64,000 nt of DNA from Candidatus Gastranaerophilales bacterium (GCA_017560095.1 JAFYOU010000025.1:28435-92434), one strand, 5' to 3'; numbered from the stretch's first letter, positions 37,983-48,492 are shown. Numbers and translations: made by a program. The notes: a model not told the origin generated them from the sequence alone.

Positions 37983-40325
37983 ATGAAAATAACTAATAAT
38001 TTTAATATTAATACTTATTCATTTCAGGCAAAAAAGAAAAATCCGCCTGAAGTTGTGAATGCGCAAACTCCTATTGAGCAAGAAGTTTCGCCATATCCTG
38101 TAGAATCTTTGAAAGAAATTTATAATGTTAAACCCAAAAAAATGGATGTGGATGAAGCTAAAAGTAAGTTATTAAGACAACTAAACGAAGTTTTGCATGC
38201 CAATAGGGATATTGATGAACTTTATAATGACTATGTGCGTCAGTTTACAATTCGTGAACAAGATTTTCTGAAAAGAATCGCAAAACTTTATGCAGAAAGA
38301 GATGAATTGATTGAAAATCTTCCTTCTGATATCAAAGGATTAGAAGTAAAATTTAAAGATATTGAATCTCGTCGTGTACAGTTAGAAAAAGATATGAGAA
38401 AGAAATATGAGTTTGTTCTTCCTGAAAAACGTGACGACAAAATTGATTGCGCATTATTAAATAAATTTAAAAATTCTGCGTTAGAAGATAATTTTAATTT
38501 TGAAAAAGTTTACCAAGATTATTATCAAGATTTGAATAATGTTGAAACTGTTGAAGAATTAACCAAACGTTATCCAAAAATAAAAATCCCGACACCAGCA
38601 CATATAGTAATTGCTAAAAAAATAGAAGATTGTTTAACTAGAGATTTTTATCAAAAAATGGAAAGACTTATTGCTCCGGATAACAATTCTGAATTGATAG
38701 GTTTTTGTGAAAGTCAAGTAAAAGAAATTTGTCCAAAATCTTCAAAACTTTCTGATGAAGAATATGAAAGAGTTGTTCAGATAGCAGTATTAAATATTGG
38801 GTATGCTTTTCAAAAAATATATGACAATGACAGTATAAATAGTATTCCAGAAATTAGAAAAAACAAGAAAGTTCAAATTACAGATTTAGATGCAAGACTT
38901 TTAAATATGGAATATCAAGATTTTGTATTATCAATTATGCGTCAAATGTATTTTGAACACAAAAATCCAAGCGCAGTAAAATATTCTGATGGCATAAACA
39001 CAGTTTCACTTTCAGAGTTGCAAGGAACTCCGTATAAAGTTGAAAAACCATCTGAAAAAATAAAACCTTTTATAAGAGCGGGTATTGAGATTGAAAGAGC
39101 AAGAAGAAGTTATGGAATATTTAAAGATGAACAGCTTCGAAATAGACTAGAATTTTTTGTCAATAAAGGAATTGCAAATAGTGATGAAATTTTTGAAAAA
39201 ATAGTTGAGTTTGCATCTTGTGACCTGTCAACAAAGGATAAAGATAATTGTATAAAATTTTTGCGTATACTTGATGCCGTTGCTGATGGCAAGATTTCTG
39301 AAAAAGAGGCTTTGGCGATAATTGAATCAAATGACCTTAAGCCACATGAAACAAATAAAAAACGTGCTGCTGAAAAATTAGAAATTATAGAGGCAATGAA
39401 ACTTGAACAACAAAAAGCTAATGAATTGAATGATTTAAGGTCAAATTTCGATGATACAATAAATAAACTTTATATGAATGATATGAGCGGACTTGCCTCT
39501 ACTTGTTCAAAATATCGTCCAGAAAATCTTGATGAAAAAAGTATAGAAAAAGCGAACTTTATTATTGATGTTATTAACAGCAATTGTTCAGAAGATTTAG
39601 AAATTATTGCAAAGGATAAAGTTAAATCAATAATAGTAAACAGAGATGCTTATTATTATTACAAAGAAAACGATAGTGAAAATCCAATTTATAAAAAAGC
39701 AATTGATTATGCAAAAGATTACGACGGAAATGTAGATATAGACAAAGTTGGTGAATATTTACGTAATGCCGAAATAATTCAAAACGCTCCAAAAAGTTTG
39801 GAATATGTTGCTGACAAAGAAATTGTTGAAGGTATTATAAATAGAGCAAAAACTTTGGATGAGCAAGTAAAATATCTTTGTAGATTTGATGAATATAGTC
39901 GACTTTCTGACAAGCAAAAAACAGAGATTAACGAGATTTTAGACTTATTTTATTTAGATGACAGCGTTGAAAAATATATACTAAAACAGATTGTAGAAAC
40001 AAAATATGTAAAAAAAGATACCTTTGCTAAAGCCAAAATAAATGAAAATGGTGACACTGTTGATGTTACAATCACGGCGAATGCAAAGCAACAAATTCTT
40101 GATAAATATAAATTCCCAAATTGTTTGACATATATGCAAGCCTTTGAAGATGGTATGAAATCATTTGCTTCTGATTGGGGTTCTACTGGTATCAAAAAAA
40201 CAGGAACAAATAACAAGGCTTTAGAATACAAATTAGAAATTAAAATTATGGGACATGACGATAGGTTATTCTCAAGAGATAATGATTATTACTTTGATGT
40301 ATTTTCAGATAGAGGATTACATTAA
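37983..40325 (+). CDS. Large hypothetical, predominantly helical protein (~780 aa)
   Basis: The ORF track frame starts at TTG 37926. The in-frame ATG at 37983 gives MKITNNFNINTYSFQAKKKN, matching the shared N-terminal motif. No catalytic motif recognised. Confidence 0.6.
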   Translation: MKITNNFNINTYSFQAKKKNPPEVVNAQTPIEQEVSPYPVESLKEIYNVKPKKMDVDEAKSKLLRQLNEVLHANRDIDELYNDYVRQFTIREQDFLKRIAKLYAERDELIENLPSDIKGLEVKFKDIESRRVQLEKDMRKKYEFVLPEKRDDKIDCALLNKFKNSALEDNFNFEKVYQDYYQDLNNVETVEELTKRYPKIKIPTPAHIVIAKKIEDCLTRDFYQKMERLIAPDNNSELIGFCESQVKEICPKSSKLSDEEYERVVQIAVLNIGYAFQKIYDNDSINSIPEIRKNKKVQITDLDARLLNMEYQDFVLSIMRQMYFEHKNPSAVKYSDGINTVSLSELQGTPYKVEKPSEKIKPFIRAGIEIERARRSYGIFKDEQLRNRLEFFVNKGIANSDEIFEKIVEFASCDLSTKDKDNCIKFLRILDAVADGKISEKEALAIIESNDLKPHETNKKRAAEKLEIIEAMKLEQQKANELNDLRSNFDDTINKLYMNDMSGLASTCSKYRPENLDEKSIEKANFIIDVINSNCSEDLEIIAKDKVKSIIVNRDAYYYYKENDSENPIYKKAIDYAKDYDGNVDIDKVGEYLRNAEIIQNAPKSLEYVADKEIVEGIINRAKTLDEQVKYLCRFDEYSRLSDKQKTEINEILDLFYLDDSVEKYILKQIVETKYVKKDTFAKAKINENGDTVDVTITANAKQQILDKYKFPNCLTYMQAFEDGMKSFASDWGSTGIKKTGTNNKALEYKLEIKIMGHDDRLFSRDNDYYFDVFSDRGLH

Positions 40326-40344
40326 AGTAGTTTAAAAGGTAAAT

Positions 40345-41259
40345 ATGCAGATAAATAATATACAATATACCCCTAAACAAAACGGATTTACTGGTAAAAT
40401 TAATCATAAAAAAATGGCAGATATTGCAAAAGAAACATTAAATTTGCCAGAAGAATCTTTGATAAACATTGAGGATTATAGAAATTATTTTGTTCCGATA
40501 AGATACAAAGCCAAAATGGATACAAAAGAGTTGAAACAACTTTTCAGTATTAATGAGGAAGCAAATAGCATCTATTTTTTAAATGAATGCTATCAATATT
40601 TTAAAAAGCAATTGAATATTCCTGAAGAAATTGCACCAACATTTAGTTCAATTGCACAGAACACGCCATTTTTGTACGCTTACGATTTTATAACAAACAC
40701 AGTTGTAAAAAATATGGCTTTTTATAATGCTGATTTATCCAAAAATGATGTTTTTGTTTATTTAAGACACGAATTCCAGCATTATTTACAGAATATGGAA
40801 ATTTATCGTCATGAAACTTTAGGCAAAGAATGGTTAGAACACAACATCACTACATTTGTTCAAAAAGATAAAGAAGATTTGAAAGATTTTCTAACAACCA
40901 AACCAGTTGAGGAATGGGGAAGCGATATAAATACGTTGAGATTTTATTATACGTTAAGAGAATGCTTGCGCAACAATGACGAAGATTTGTTCAATAAGTT
41001 GTACCAACCATATGAAAACGGAATCAGACAATCTCTGACAGCGTTTAGAGAGCGTATAATTAAAGCAAAAGGTATGATTCCTAAAAATCACAAACTAACT
41101 GAACGCATAAAAAATTACATGGAAGGCTTTAAAGCGACAATGCAATACTGTGAATCTAGTGGCGCAATTAAGATGAATGAATACAAAACAAACTTCAACG
41201 AAGGTGAGGCCTTTGCAGTACAACTAAACACTTTGGATGAAATCGAAGCAATTGTCTAA
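40345..41259 (+). CDS. Hypothetical protein with HExxH motif (possible metallopeptidase)
   Basis: ORF track 304 aa with LRHEFQHYLQN. The N-terminus MQINNIQYTPKQNGFTGK resembles that of ORF 21659. Confidence 0.4.
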   Translation: MQINNIQYTPKQNGFTGKINHKKMADIAKETLNLPEESLINIEDYRNYFVPIRYKAKMDTKELKQLFSINEEANSIYFLNECYQYFKKQLNIPEEIAPTFSSIAQNTPFLYAYDFITNTVVKNMAFYNADLSKNDVFVYLRHEFQHYLQNMEIYRHETLGKEWLEHNITTFVQKDKEDLKDFLTTKPVEEWGSDINTLRFYYTLRECLRNNDEDLFNKLYQPYENGIRQSLTAFRERIIKAKGMIPKNHKLTERIKNYMEGFKATMQYCESSGAIKMNEYKTNFNEGEAFAVQLNTLDEIEAIV

Positions 41260-41270
41260 AATATTGTGAT

Positions 41271-43181
41271 TTATTTATACATGCTACCGATGACGTCTTC
41301 ATATTTTTCAAAAACCTTGTTGCGTTTAACTTTTTGAGTTGCACTCATCAAACCGTTTTCTACGCTGAAAGATTCGTTAATAACAGAGAATTGTTTAACT
41401 TTTTCGAAAACTCTCAAATTTGGTTTGTGAACAATATGAGTGTTGATTTCGTTTTTAATCAACATCTGTAGTCTTGCATCTTTCAAAACTTTTTCATTAT
41501 CTTTGTAGCTTTGAAGGTTTTTCATACTTATTCCGCATTTTTCCAAAGCTTCTTTTGATGGAACAACCAATGCTCCAACTCCACTTCTATCTTGACCTAC
41601 AAGGACAATTTGTTCAATATATGGACTTAACAAAATAGCTTCTTCAATAGGCACAGGTTCAACGTTTTCTCCGCTTGAAAGAACAATAGTTTCTTTCAAA
41701 CGTCCAACAAGAACAAGATTGTTTTCTTTTGTTAGCCAACCCAAATCTCCTGTTATAAAATAGCCATCTTCAGTCATAACTTTTTTAGTAGCTTCTTCGT
41801 CTTTGTAATAGCCTTTCATAATTTGTGGACCTTTAACAATAACAAGCCCTTTAGAGAATATTGGCAGTTCTCTGAATGTTTTTGGGTCAACAATTTTTAA
41901 ATCAGTACCAATCAATGGTGAACCTGCAGAACCTAGAAAATTCTTATCTCCAACATTTCTTAATGTTAAAACAGGAGCTGTTTCGGTTAATCCGTAGCCG
42001 ATTCTTAAGTTAACTCCGATTGCATCATAGAAAAGTTCGTCTTGCATTGATAATGCTCCGCCACCTGAAATTGATGCTCTGATATTTGACAATCCAACTG
42101 CTTTTTTAATTTTTTTATAAAGTGTTCTTGAGAATAAAACGTGCAATGGCTTGTAGAAAGAACGAATTATTCTGTGTCTGATTGTAGAAAGAGAGTTGTA
42201 GCTCCATTTGTTTGTAATACGTCTTTCGCCGTACATTTTGTGAGTTTTGTATGCAATAGATGTTTTTACTGCAAAATCAAAAATGTTATGTAAAATTGGC
42301 GATGTTTGCTTAAGTTTTTGGTAAACTCCTAAACGAATTGATTCCCAAATTCGTGGAACTGACATAAATGTATTAATATCGTAGTTTGCCAAATCATTTT
42401 TTAAACCACTCAAAGTTGTGTAATGAAGATGACATCCACGTGAAATATAATAGCATTGTCCAATTCTTTCGTAAGCGTGCCAAATCGGAAGAATTTGGAG
42501 AGTATTTTCTCCAGGTTGAGCTAAAAATCCTTCGTGAACAATCTCTAATTGATAAATAGAGTTTTCGTGGCTTAAAAGAACGCCTTTGGGGTTACCTGTA
42601 GTACCTGAAGTGTAAAGGATTGAGCAATCGTCATCCCTTTGCATAGCAACAGGAGTGAATTTATTTTCTTTACCAAGATTAATTATATCTTTGTGGGTAT
42701 AAACTTTTGACTTAACATCTGTTGTATCTACGTTTCCTGCTGAATATGTAATGATAACAAAATCAAGACGGTATTTTTGAAGAAAAGGTTTCATTGCATT
42801 GAAAAGTTTGTCGTCACGTAGAATGATACCTTTGCAATCAGAATGAGCAGTAATGTAGTGAAGTTCTTCGATAGGTGCGTTAGAACCTCTTATAACGTCA
42901 ACAGCACCACACTTTTGAATAGCAAGTGAAGTTGCCATCCAAAGCCCGTTACTTTCTGCGAAAATTCCGACTTTATCGCCTTTTTTTACTCCCAAAGTTT
43001 GTAAACCGCAGGCAAAAAGGTTCATTTCTTCCCTTAATTCGCCATAAGTTAAAGATATATTGTTATACCTGTCAGTGATGGCATCATAATTAGCGTATTT
43101 AGCCATACAATTTTCTAAAACATCTGCTAGAGAATGTAATCCCGCATAAGAAACCTTTTCGTGTTTTTTAATCTTTTCCAT
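41271..43181 (-). CDS. Long-chain fatty acid-CoA ligase (AMP-dependent synthetase)
   Basis: ORF track 636 aa. Motifs: YTSGTTGNPKGV, GYGLTE and TGD..W. Confidence 0.88.
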   Translation of the reverse strand: MEKIKKHEKVSYAGLHSLADVLENCMAKYANYDAITDRYNNISLTYGELREEMNLFACGLQTLGVKKGDKVGIFAESNGLWMATSLAIQKCGAVDVIRGSNAPIEELHYITAHSDCKGIILRDDKLFNAMKPFLQKYRLDFVIITYSAGNVDTTDVKSKVYTHKDIINLGKENKFTPVAMQRDDDCSILYTSGTTGNPKGVLLSHENSIYQLEIVHEGFLAQPGENTLQILPIWHAYERIGQCYYISRGCHLHYTTLSGLKNDLANYDINTFMSVPRIWESIRLGVYQKLKQTSPILHNIFDFAVKTSIAYKTHKMYGERRITNKWSYNSLSTIRHRIIRSFYKPLHVLFSRTLYKKIKKAVGLSNIRASISGGGALSMQDELFYDAIGVNLRIGYGLTETAPVLTLRNVGDKNFLGSAGSPLIGTDLKIVDPKTFRELPIFSKGLVIVKGPQIMKGYYKDEEATKKVMTEDGYFITGDLGWLTKENNLVLVGRLKETIVLSSGENVEPVPIEEAILLSPYIEQIVLVGQDRSGVGALVVPSKEALEKCGISMKNLQSYKDNEKVLKDARLQMLIKNEINTHIVHKPNLRVFEKVKQFSVINESFSVENGLMSATQKVKRNKVFEKYEDVIGSMYK

Positions 43182-43374
43182 AATTTAACCCCAATTAGAT
43201 ATAAAAATATCTTATATTAATAATAAAAATTGGGCAACAAATTAATTGCCATATTGTAAACTTATCTGTGAAAATTGTAATATATTACTCAAAATTAATT
43301 CAAAACGTTAACCAAAAAATAAGAGAAATACTTTTTTTAAGTATTTCTCTTAAAGTTTCAATATTGTAATCTAC

Positions 43375-45048
43375 TTATTCAGCGACTAATTCTTTAACTT
43401 TTCTTCTTTGAATTTTTCTTGTTGCAGTTCTAGGAAGTGGTTGGTTAGTTATTTTTATATTAATTGGTCGTTTATAGCTTGCAAGTTGTTTAGAAAGTCT
43501 TTTAACTTCGTCGTTTATAACTTTTTCTAATTCAGCGCCTTGATATTCTGCGTTAATATGCTCCGCAGGGACTACAACTAACATAATTTCTTCAGTACCA
43601 TCTTTTGCGCCACCTTTGCGTTCCATACCGAAAACACAAAGTTCTGCAAATTTGTCACTTTTTTCTAGTACAGCTTCAACTTCTTCAGGGAATACTTTTT
43701 TACCGCCAGATAAAGCAATCATATTTTTAATACGGCCTGTAATATAGATATTTCTGCCTTCGATTCTTGCCTTGTCACCTGTGTGGAACCAACCATCTTT
43801 GTCAATAGCTTCTGCAGTCAATTCAGGTTGATTGTGGTATCCTTTCATAATTGAATCGCCTCTCAATAGCAATTCACCTGTTTCAGAGTCAATTTTTCCC
43901 TCAAAACAAGGAAGCATTTTACCAACTGAACGCAAATCTCTGTTCCAGCCACAGTTGAACGAAACTACAGGGCTTGTTTCTGTTAAGCCGTAACCTTCAA
44001 AAACTTCAATACCGATTCGGCGGAAGAATTTTGCTGTCTCAAAATCAAATGGAGCGCCACCTGACATGAATGAACGGAAATGTCCACCAAAAAGTTTGTG
44101 TAATCTTCTAAATAAAAGTTTTTTAACCCATCTAAAAGGCAAAAATTTTGCTGTGTAATGGAAGTTAAAATCAAACAATGCTTGGTAGAATTTTGGAGCT
44201 TTTTTGATTTCTGACTCAAGAGTTGTACGAAGTAGTCTTAAGAAAGCAGGAACTGAAATCATGAAGTTAATATTTTTATCTTTCATAATATTCAAGCAAT
44301 CTTTTGGTTTCAAACTTTGAGTGTAATATACCGAAAATCCCATATTCAAGAAAGTTGAGAACCCAACTGTTAATTCAAAAAGGTGGTTCATAGGTAATAT
44401 TGACAAGATTTTAGTATCTTTTGACGTAAATATAGGACCCATAACTTCAGATAATTCTTTAAGTTGAGTAAGAATATTTCCGAAAGTTATTTCAACACCT
44501 TTAGGGTTACCAGTTGTACCTGATGTATAAATGATTAGTGCAGTAGAATTTCTTGCACGATGTCTCCATTTTTGTACGGAATTATGTGGGATTGTGTATA
44601 AACTTGGGAATTCACTTATTGAAGACAATTCATCCATAACAATAATATGTTTAAGAGATGGAATTGCTTTTTGTAATTCAAGAGCTTTATCCAAATAATT
44701 TTGAGAAACCAACATAACAGAAGGTTGGCAATCTGTAAGAATAGAAGTTAGTTCGTAAATAGTCAATTTAATGTCTAAAGGTACAGTAATCATACCAGAA
44801 ATAACTGAACCAAATACACTAACACCAAATTCTGGTTTTGATTCAGAAAGTATAGCAAGTTTTTCACCTTTTTGAATTCCTAAATCATTTATAAGATAAG
44901 ACGCTAAACGTCTGGCCATCAAGCCTAGTCCATCGTATGTTAATTCTCTCCAGCCGATAGTAGTTTTCATACCAAGAGCTGTTTTGCGAGCATAGTCGTT
45001 AGTTCTATCTTCAAGTACTGAAAGTACGTTTGTCTTGTATTTTTTCAT
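43375..45048 (-). CDS. AMP-dependent synthetase/ligase (acyl-CoA ligase)
   Basis: ORF track 557 aa. Motifs: YTSGTTGNPKGV, GYGLTETS and HTGDKA. Confidence 0.88.
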   Translation of the reverse strand: MKKYKTNVLSVLEDRTNDYARKTALGMKTTIGWRELTYDGLGLMARRLASYLINDLGIQKGEKLAILSESKPEFGVSVFGSVISGMITVPLDIKLTIYELTSILTDCQPSVMLVSQNYLDKALELQKAIPSLKHIIVMDELSSISEFPSLYTIPHNSVQKWRHRARNSTALIIYTSGTTGNPKGVEITFGNILTQLKELSEVMGPIFTSKDTKILSILPMNHLFELTVGFSTFLNMGFSVYYTQSLKPKDCLNIMKDKNINFMISVPAFLRLLRTTLESEIKKAPKFYQALFDFNFHYTAKFLPFRWVKKLLFRRLHKLFGGHFRSFMSGGAPFDFETAKFFRRIGIEVFEGYGLTETSPVVSFNCGWNRDLRSVGKMLPCFEGKIDSETGELLLRGDSIMKGYHNQPELTAEAIDKDGWFHTGDKARIEGRNIYITGRIKNMIALSGGKKVFPEEVEAVLEKSDKFAELCVFGMERKGGAKDGTEEIMLVVVPAEHINAEYQGAELEKVINDEVKRLSKQLASYKRPINIKITNQPLPRTATRKIQRRKVKELVAE

Positions 45049-45209
45049 ACTCTTCTCCTCTCTTTAATCATACTAACATTGCATTATATCATAAAAATAC
45101 ATTTTTTTGTAATTAAGTGTTAGTAAAGATTTTGCACCAAATTATTTTTTTGAATATCGGTGTAATAGAATAGTAGGTTGGATTTACTAATCCAACCTAC
45201 ATTTATAAT

Positions 45210-45578
45210 TTATTGATGTTTCCAGATATCACGTTTAAGAGAATACTCACTCATACCTTCTACTTTGATTCCATAACCATCTTTAACAAGAGCGATTAAA
45301 TCTTTTACTTTTTGAGTCAAAAAATGTCCTTTTATATCAAAAGCTTCCATGTAACTAATACCTTTTTTCCCTTGGTCAATAGTTGTTCTAATATAACCAA
45401 TACCGTGTTTTAGTAGAGGATGGTCACCTTTAAAAGCATATTCTTTGCAAACTCTTGCACCATTGTCACCTGTGTGAATAGATTTTGTTACATTAACTGT
45501 TTTAAATATTTGTTGCGACAACTGTTTGTAACCTGCTGGGATAACTCCTGCCATTTTTCCTACTTTCTGTGTATACAC
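45210..45578 (-). CDS. Hypothetical protein
   Basis: ORF track 122 aa. Hairpins built on GTAGGTTGG..CCAACCTAC flank it on both sides. Confidence 0.5.
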   Translation of the reverse strand: MYTQKVGKMAGVIPAGYKQLSQQIFKTVNVTKSIHTGDNGARVCKEYAFKGDHPLLKHGIGYIRTTIDQGKKGISYMEAFDIKGHFLTQKVKDLIALVKDGYGIKVEGMSEYSLKRDIWKHQ

Positions 45579-45700
45579 ACTATTACTTCACCTACATAGT
45601 TATATAAAGTCATTTGCTCATAGGAAATTGCTTTTTGTTATGAAATGTTAAGAACAAGTAGGTTGATTATTTTTGTTGGGTGAAACCCAACCTACTTACT

Positions 45701-47041
45701 TTATAATGGGCTTATTTCAATATTTTTTTCTTTACTTGGAATATATATAATTTCATCAAAAATTTGTTCATAAAAACTTTTGTTATTACTATAATTAGGT
45801 TCATCAAAATGCAATCTTATTGATTTTTTTAAATTTCCATTATTATCGTATTCATGATAAATGTTGTCTAAAATAAACCGATCATCATGATTTGAATATT
45901 GGTATTTTTTTATTTTATTATTGTATTTATCATATTCATATTCTATAAATAAAATGTCATAAACAAATTTTCCATCTCTATACACTGGATCGAAAAATAT
46001 TTCTTTTATAATGTTACCTTTATTATCATATGTTCTTGATAAAACTGGATATTTTTCAAAACCTTCAATCTGTCCATATTGAAAAACTTTAACCAATTTA
46101 CCTTCAGTATTATATTCATTTTCATAAATATCATAACAATTTTTGTTATCAGCATTGATATAACGTCTTTTACTGTTACCGGTTTTTAAATCTTTTAAGA
46201 AATGTTTTACTAATACATTACCTTTTATTTTTTTATACTCAATTATTTCATTATCATCTCCATATATCCATTCTTCTTGGCTTATTAACTTATCATTAAT
46301 ATATGTTTTTGCTTCTGTTTTATTGCCTTTATCGTTATACTTGTAATTTATTTTTGTATTACCTTTTTCGTCAATTATATTTTCTTCTAATTTGTTATTA
46401 TTTTTGTCATATACATATTTATATATACTTCCGTTACTTCCGTCTTCAAAATATTCTTTATTAGGATAATAAGTTTCTTCCCTAATATAACCTCCATTTA
46501 TGTTATATGTTATATTAGTTTTTTCTTTAATTTTATCATTTCTATATACCAATTTTTCCGTATTGCGATCTAAATTATCATATTTATATTCATAAATATA
46601 TGAATTATTGATAGTATTATCTTTGTTATACCAAGTTTTTACAACTTTTGTTTTATTATTATTTAAATCATACTTTGCGTCATAATTATACCGAATCTCT
46701 CCCGTAGCATCGTAATTATTTGCTTTTAACAAATCTCCATTTGCGTTATATTCCCAAATCTTAAGTTCTCTATGTTCAATATTTGTTATTGCTTTTACAA
46801 CTACACTACCATCATCATTATATATACATTCGACAGTAACAATATTTGTATCATTAGGGGTTTTAACAATTTGTTTAATTAACCTATCATTATAATCATA
46901 TACTAAATTTTCTACTAATAAAAGATCTCCTTTATAATCATATATATTATTGCTTTTTGTATTAATACTTTTATCTATTCCAAATACATTATTAGTAGTC
47001 AATAATACAAAAAGAAAAAAAAACAAAAATTTTTTCATCAA
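45701..47041 (-). CDS. Secreted YD/RHS-like repeat protein
   Basis: ORF track 446 aa. It has a signal peptide (MMKKFLFFFLFVLLTTNNVFG) and many Y-x-Y-D/N-x-x-G-x-L type repeats (YNDDGSVV, YNANGDLL, YDNKGNII). Confidence 0.7.
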   Translation of the reverse strand: MMKKFLFFFLFVLLTTNNVFGIDKSINTKSNNIYDYKGDLLLVENLVYDYNDRLIKQIVKTPNDTNIVTVECIYNDDGSVVVKAITNIEHRELKIWEYNANGDLLKANNYDATGEIRYNYDAKYDLNNNKTKVVKTWYNKDNTINNSYIYEYKYDNLDRNTEKLVYRNDKIKEKTNITYNINGGYIREETYYPNKEYFEDGSNGSIYKYVYDKNNNKLEENIIDEKGNTKINYKYNDKGNKTEAKTYINDKLISQEEWIYGDDNEIIEYKKIKGNVLVKHFLKDLKTGNSKRRYINADNKNCYDIYENEYNTEGKLVKVFQYGQIEGFEKYPVLSRTYDNKGNIIKEIFFDPVYRDGKFVYDILFIEYEYDKYNNKIKKYQYSNHDDRFILDNIYHEYDNNGNLKKSIRLHFDEPNYSNNKSFYEQIFDEIIYIPSKEKNIEISPL

Positions 47042-47676
47042 TCACCTTTATATTAAACTATTTATTCTATAATAATGCTATGTTAAATTTATAAATTTTT
47101 CAATTATTTTATAAAAAATAATAAAATTAATAAAAAGTTGGTCTTATTTACTGAGCCAAGAAAAATTATAATGTTGGCTTGATAAAACCAACTTATAATT
47201 GATGGAAAGCAAGCAATCGGTGTGAGTAAATAATGAGTAAGTATGAGTAAATCGGTTTTTGGGGTATTGTTGTACTTCCGGCCAGCAAACCCCCTACAAC
47301 GAGCGAGTTTCAGGAAATAAAATAGTCAAATTTACAAAACCGAACTACTCGTCTAACTACATTTTTATCAAACTGCAAGACAATTTATAAACCTAACAAT
47401 ATATGCTCATTAAAATACGGTAATAATTAGAAAAGCCCGAAACCTTTATGGTTTGGGCTTTTTAAATGGAGGAGGTGGTGGGATTGTCTTGCTCGGTGGC
47501 GTTAAACGGCGTTTCGTGTTTTGACTTCGTGATTTCATCACTTGTCAAAAGCACTCCAGCCTCTGCCACCTCGCGCTCGAACCTATGACAAGGCTGCGCC
47601 TTGTGTGGGTTCGGCAAATCTCAACGTTCACGCAAAATAAAAAGCAGATAAGACGTATGTCTATCTGCTTTTTATC

Positions 47677-47763
47677 AGGAGGAGGTGGGATTCGAACCCA
47701 CGGTACGCTCGCACGTACGACGGTTTTCAAGACCGCTCCAATCAACCGCTCTGGCACTCCTCC
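47677..47763 (-). tRNA. tRNA-Ser (anticodon UGA), class II with long variable arm, CCA not encoded
   Basis: Reverse complement GGAGGAGTGCCAGAGCGGTTGATTGGAGCGGTCTTGAAAACCGTCGTACGTGCGAGCGTACCGTGGGTTCGAATCCCACCTCCTCCT. Anticodon loop CTTGAAA. A terminator hairpin follows at 47641-47673. Confidence 0.9.
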
Positions 47764-47915
47764 ATAAGGTTCATTAGATGTAATTCAATTCTAATATATC
47801 AAAATTTTTTGTCAATATCTATTTTTATATTTTGTTTATATCCTCGCCTTTTGCCTTTATGGCTAATTCGGTTTTTCTTTTATTTTCGGTTTAATTCTTC
47901 TCAAAAGGAGAATTT

Positions 47916-48491
47916 ATGATTAAAACTGTTTTGAATGTCGTTGCTTTGTCTTTATTAATTTCCCTCTCTCTCGCTTGTGCCGCTGATGCTAGTGATGAAA
48001 TTATGTTTGACAACAAAAGCTTTGTCCTCAAGTCTACTGCGCAATCTCTTGATTTGCCAAATGCGATGAATGAATATTTCCCTAAAGGCGAAAGTCAATA
48101 CAATTGGACTCAAATGCTTGGCGTATACCATATTCCTGAAGCTAATGACCCTATCAAATATGCTCAAGAATTTGATGAAAAAATTGAAAAAGACGAAACT
48201 TGCCTGCTACTTAAGTTTGTTAAAAATAAAAAAATCGACCAAGCTGTCATTAGCTATCTTGAAAATGGCAACGTTAACGGCAAAAACTTCTTTACCTACA
48301 ATGTCTACAAATACGAAAAAAATCCAACAAAAGGTATCACCGAATTCCGTTATGCTATAAAATATTTCTTTAAAGATAAAGCTGAAATTGTAAGCATTGC
48401 AAACACTGTCCGTGATGAAAACGACAAATATATGACTATGCTTATCTCATCTTCTATTCCACCAATCGTAGAAAAAGAATTATCACCCTAA
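47916..48491 (+). CDS. Hypothetical secreted protein
   Basis: ORF track 191 aa with a signal peptide and a GGAG RBS. Confidence 0.6.
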   Translation: MIKTVLNVVALSLLISLSLACAADASDEIMFDNKSFVLKSTAQSLDLPNAMNEYFPKGESQYNWTQMLGVYHIPEANDPIKYAQEFDEKIEKDETCLLLKFVKNKKIDQAVISYLENGNVNGKNFFTYNVYKYEKNPTKGITEFRYAIKYFFKDKAEIVSIANTVRDENDKYMTMLISSSIPPIVEKELSP

Positions 48492-48492
48492 A

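Noticed and set aside
47200-47430. Possible tmRNA or SRP RNA in the 47.2-47.4 kb intergenic region (GGCCGGAAG-like string, GCAGTTTGATAA)
   Set aside because: I could not find the tRNA-like acceptor/T-arm pairing, a plausible tag ORF ending, or the SRP domain IV symmetric-loop context. The resemblance is limited to a few nucleotides.
47545-47767. ORFs 47545-47757 (-) and 47585-47767 (+)
   Set aside because: They overlap the tRNA-Ser gene and its G+C-rich downstream segment. They are composition artefacts.
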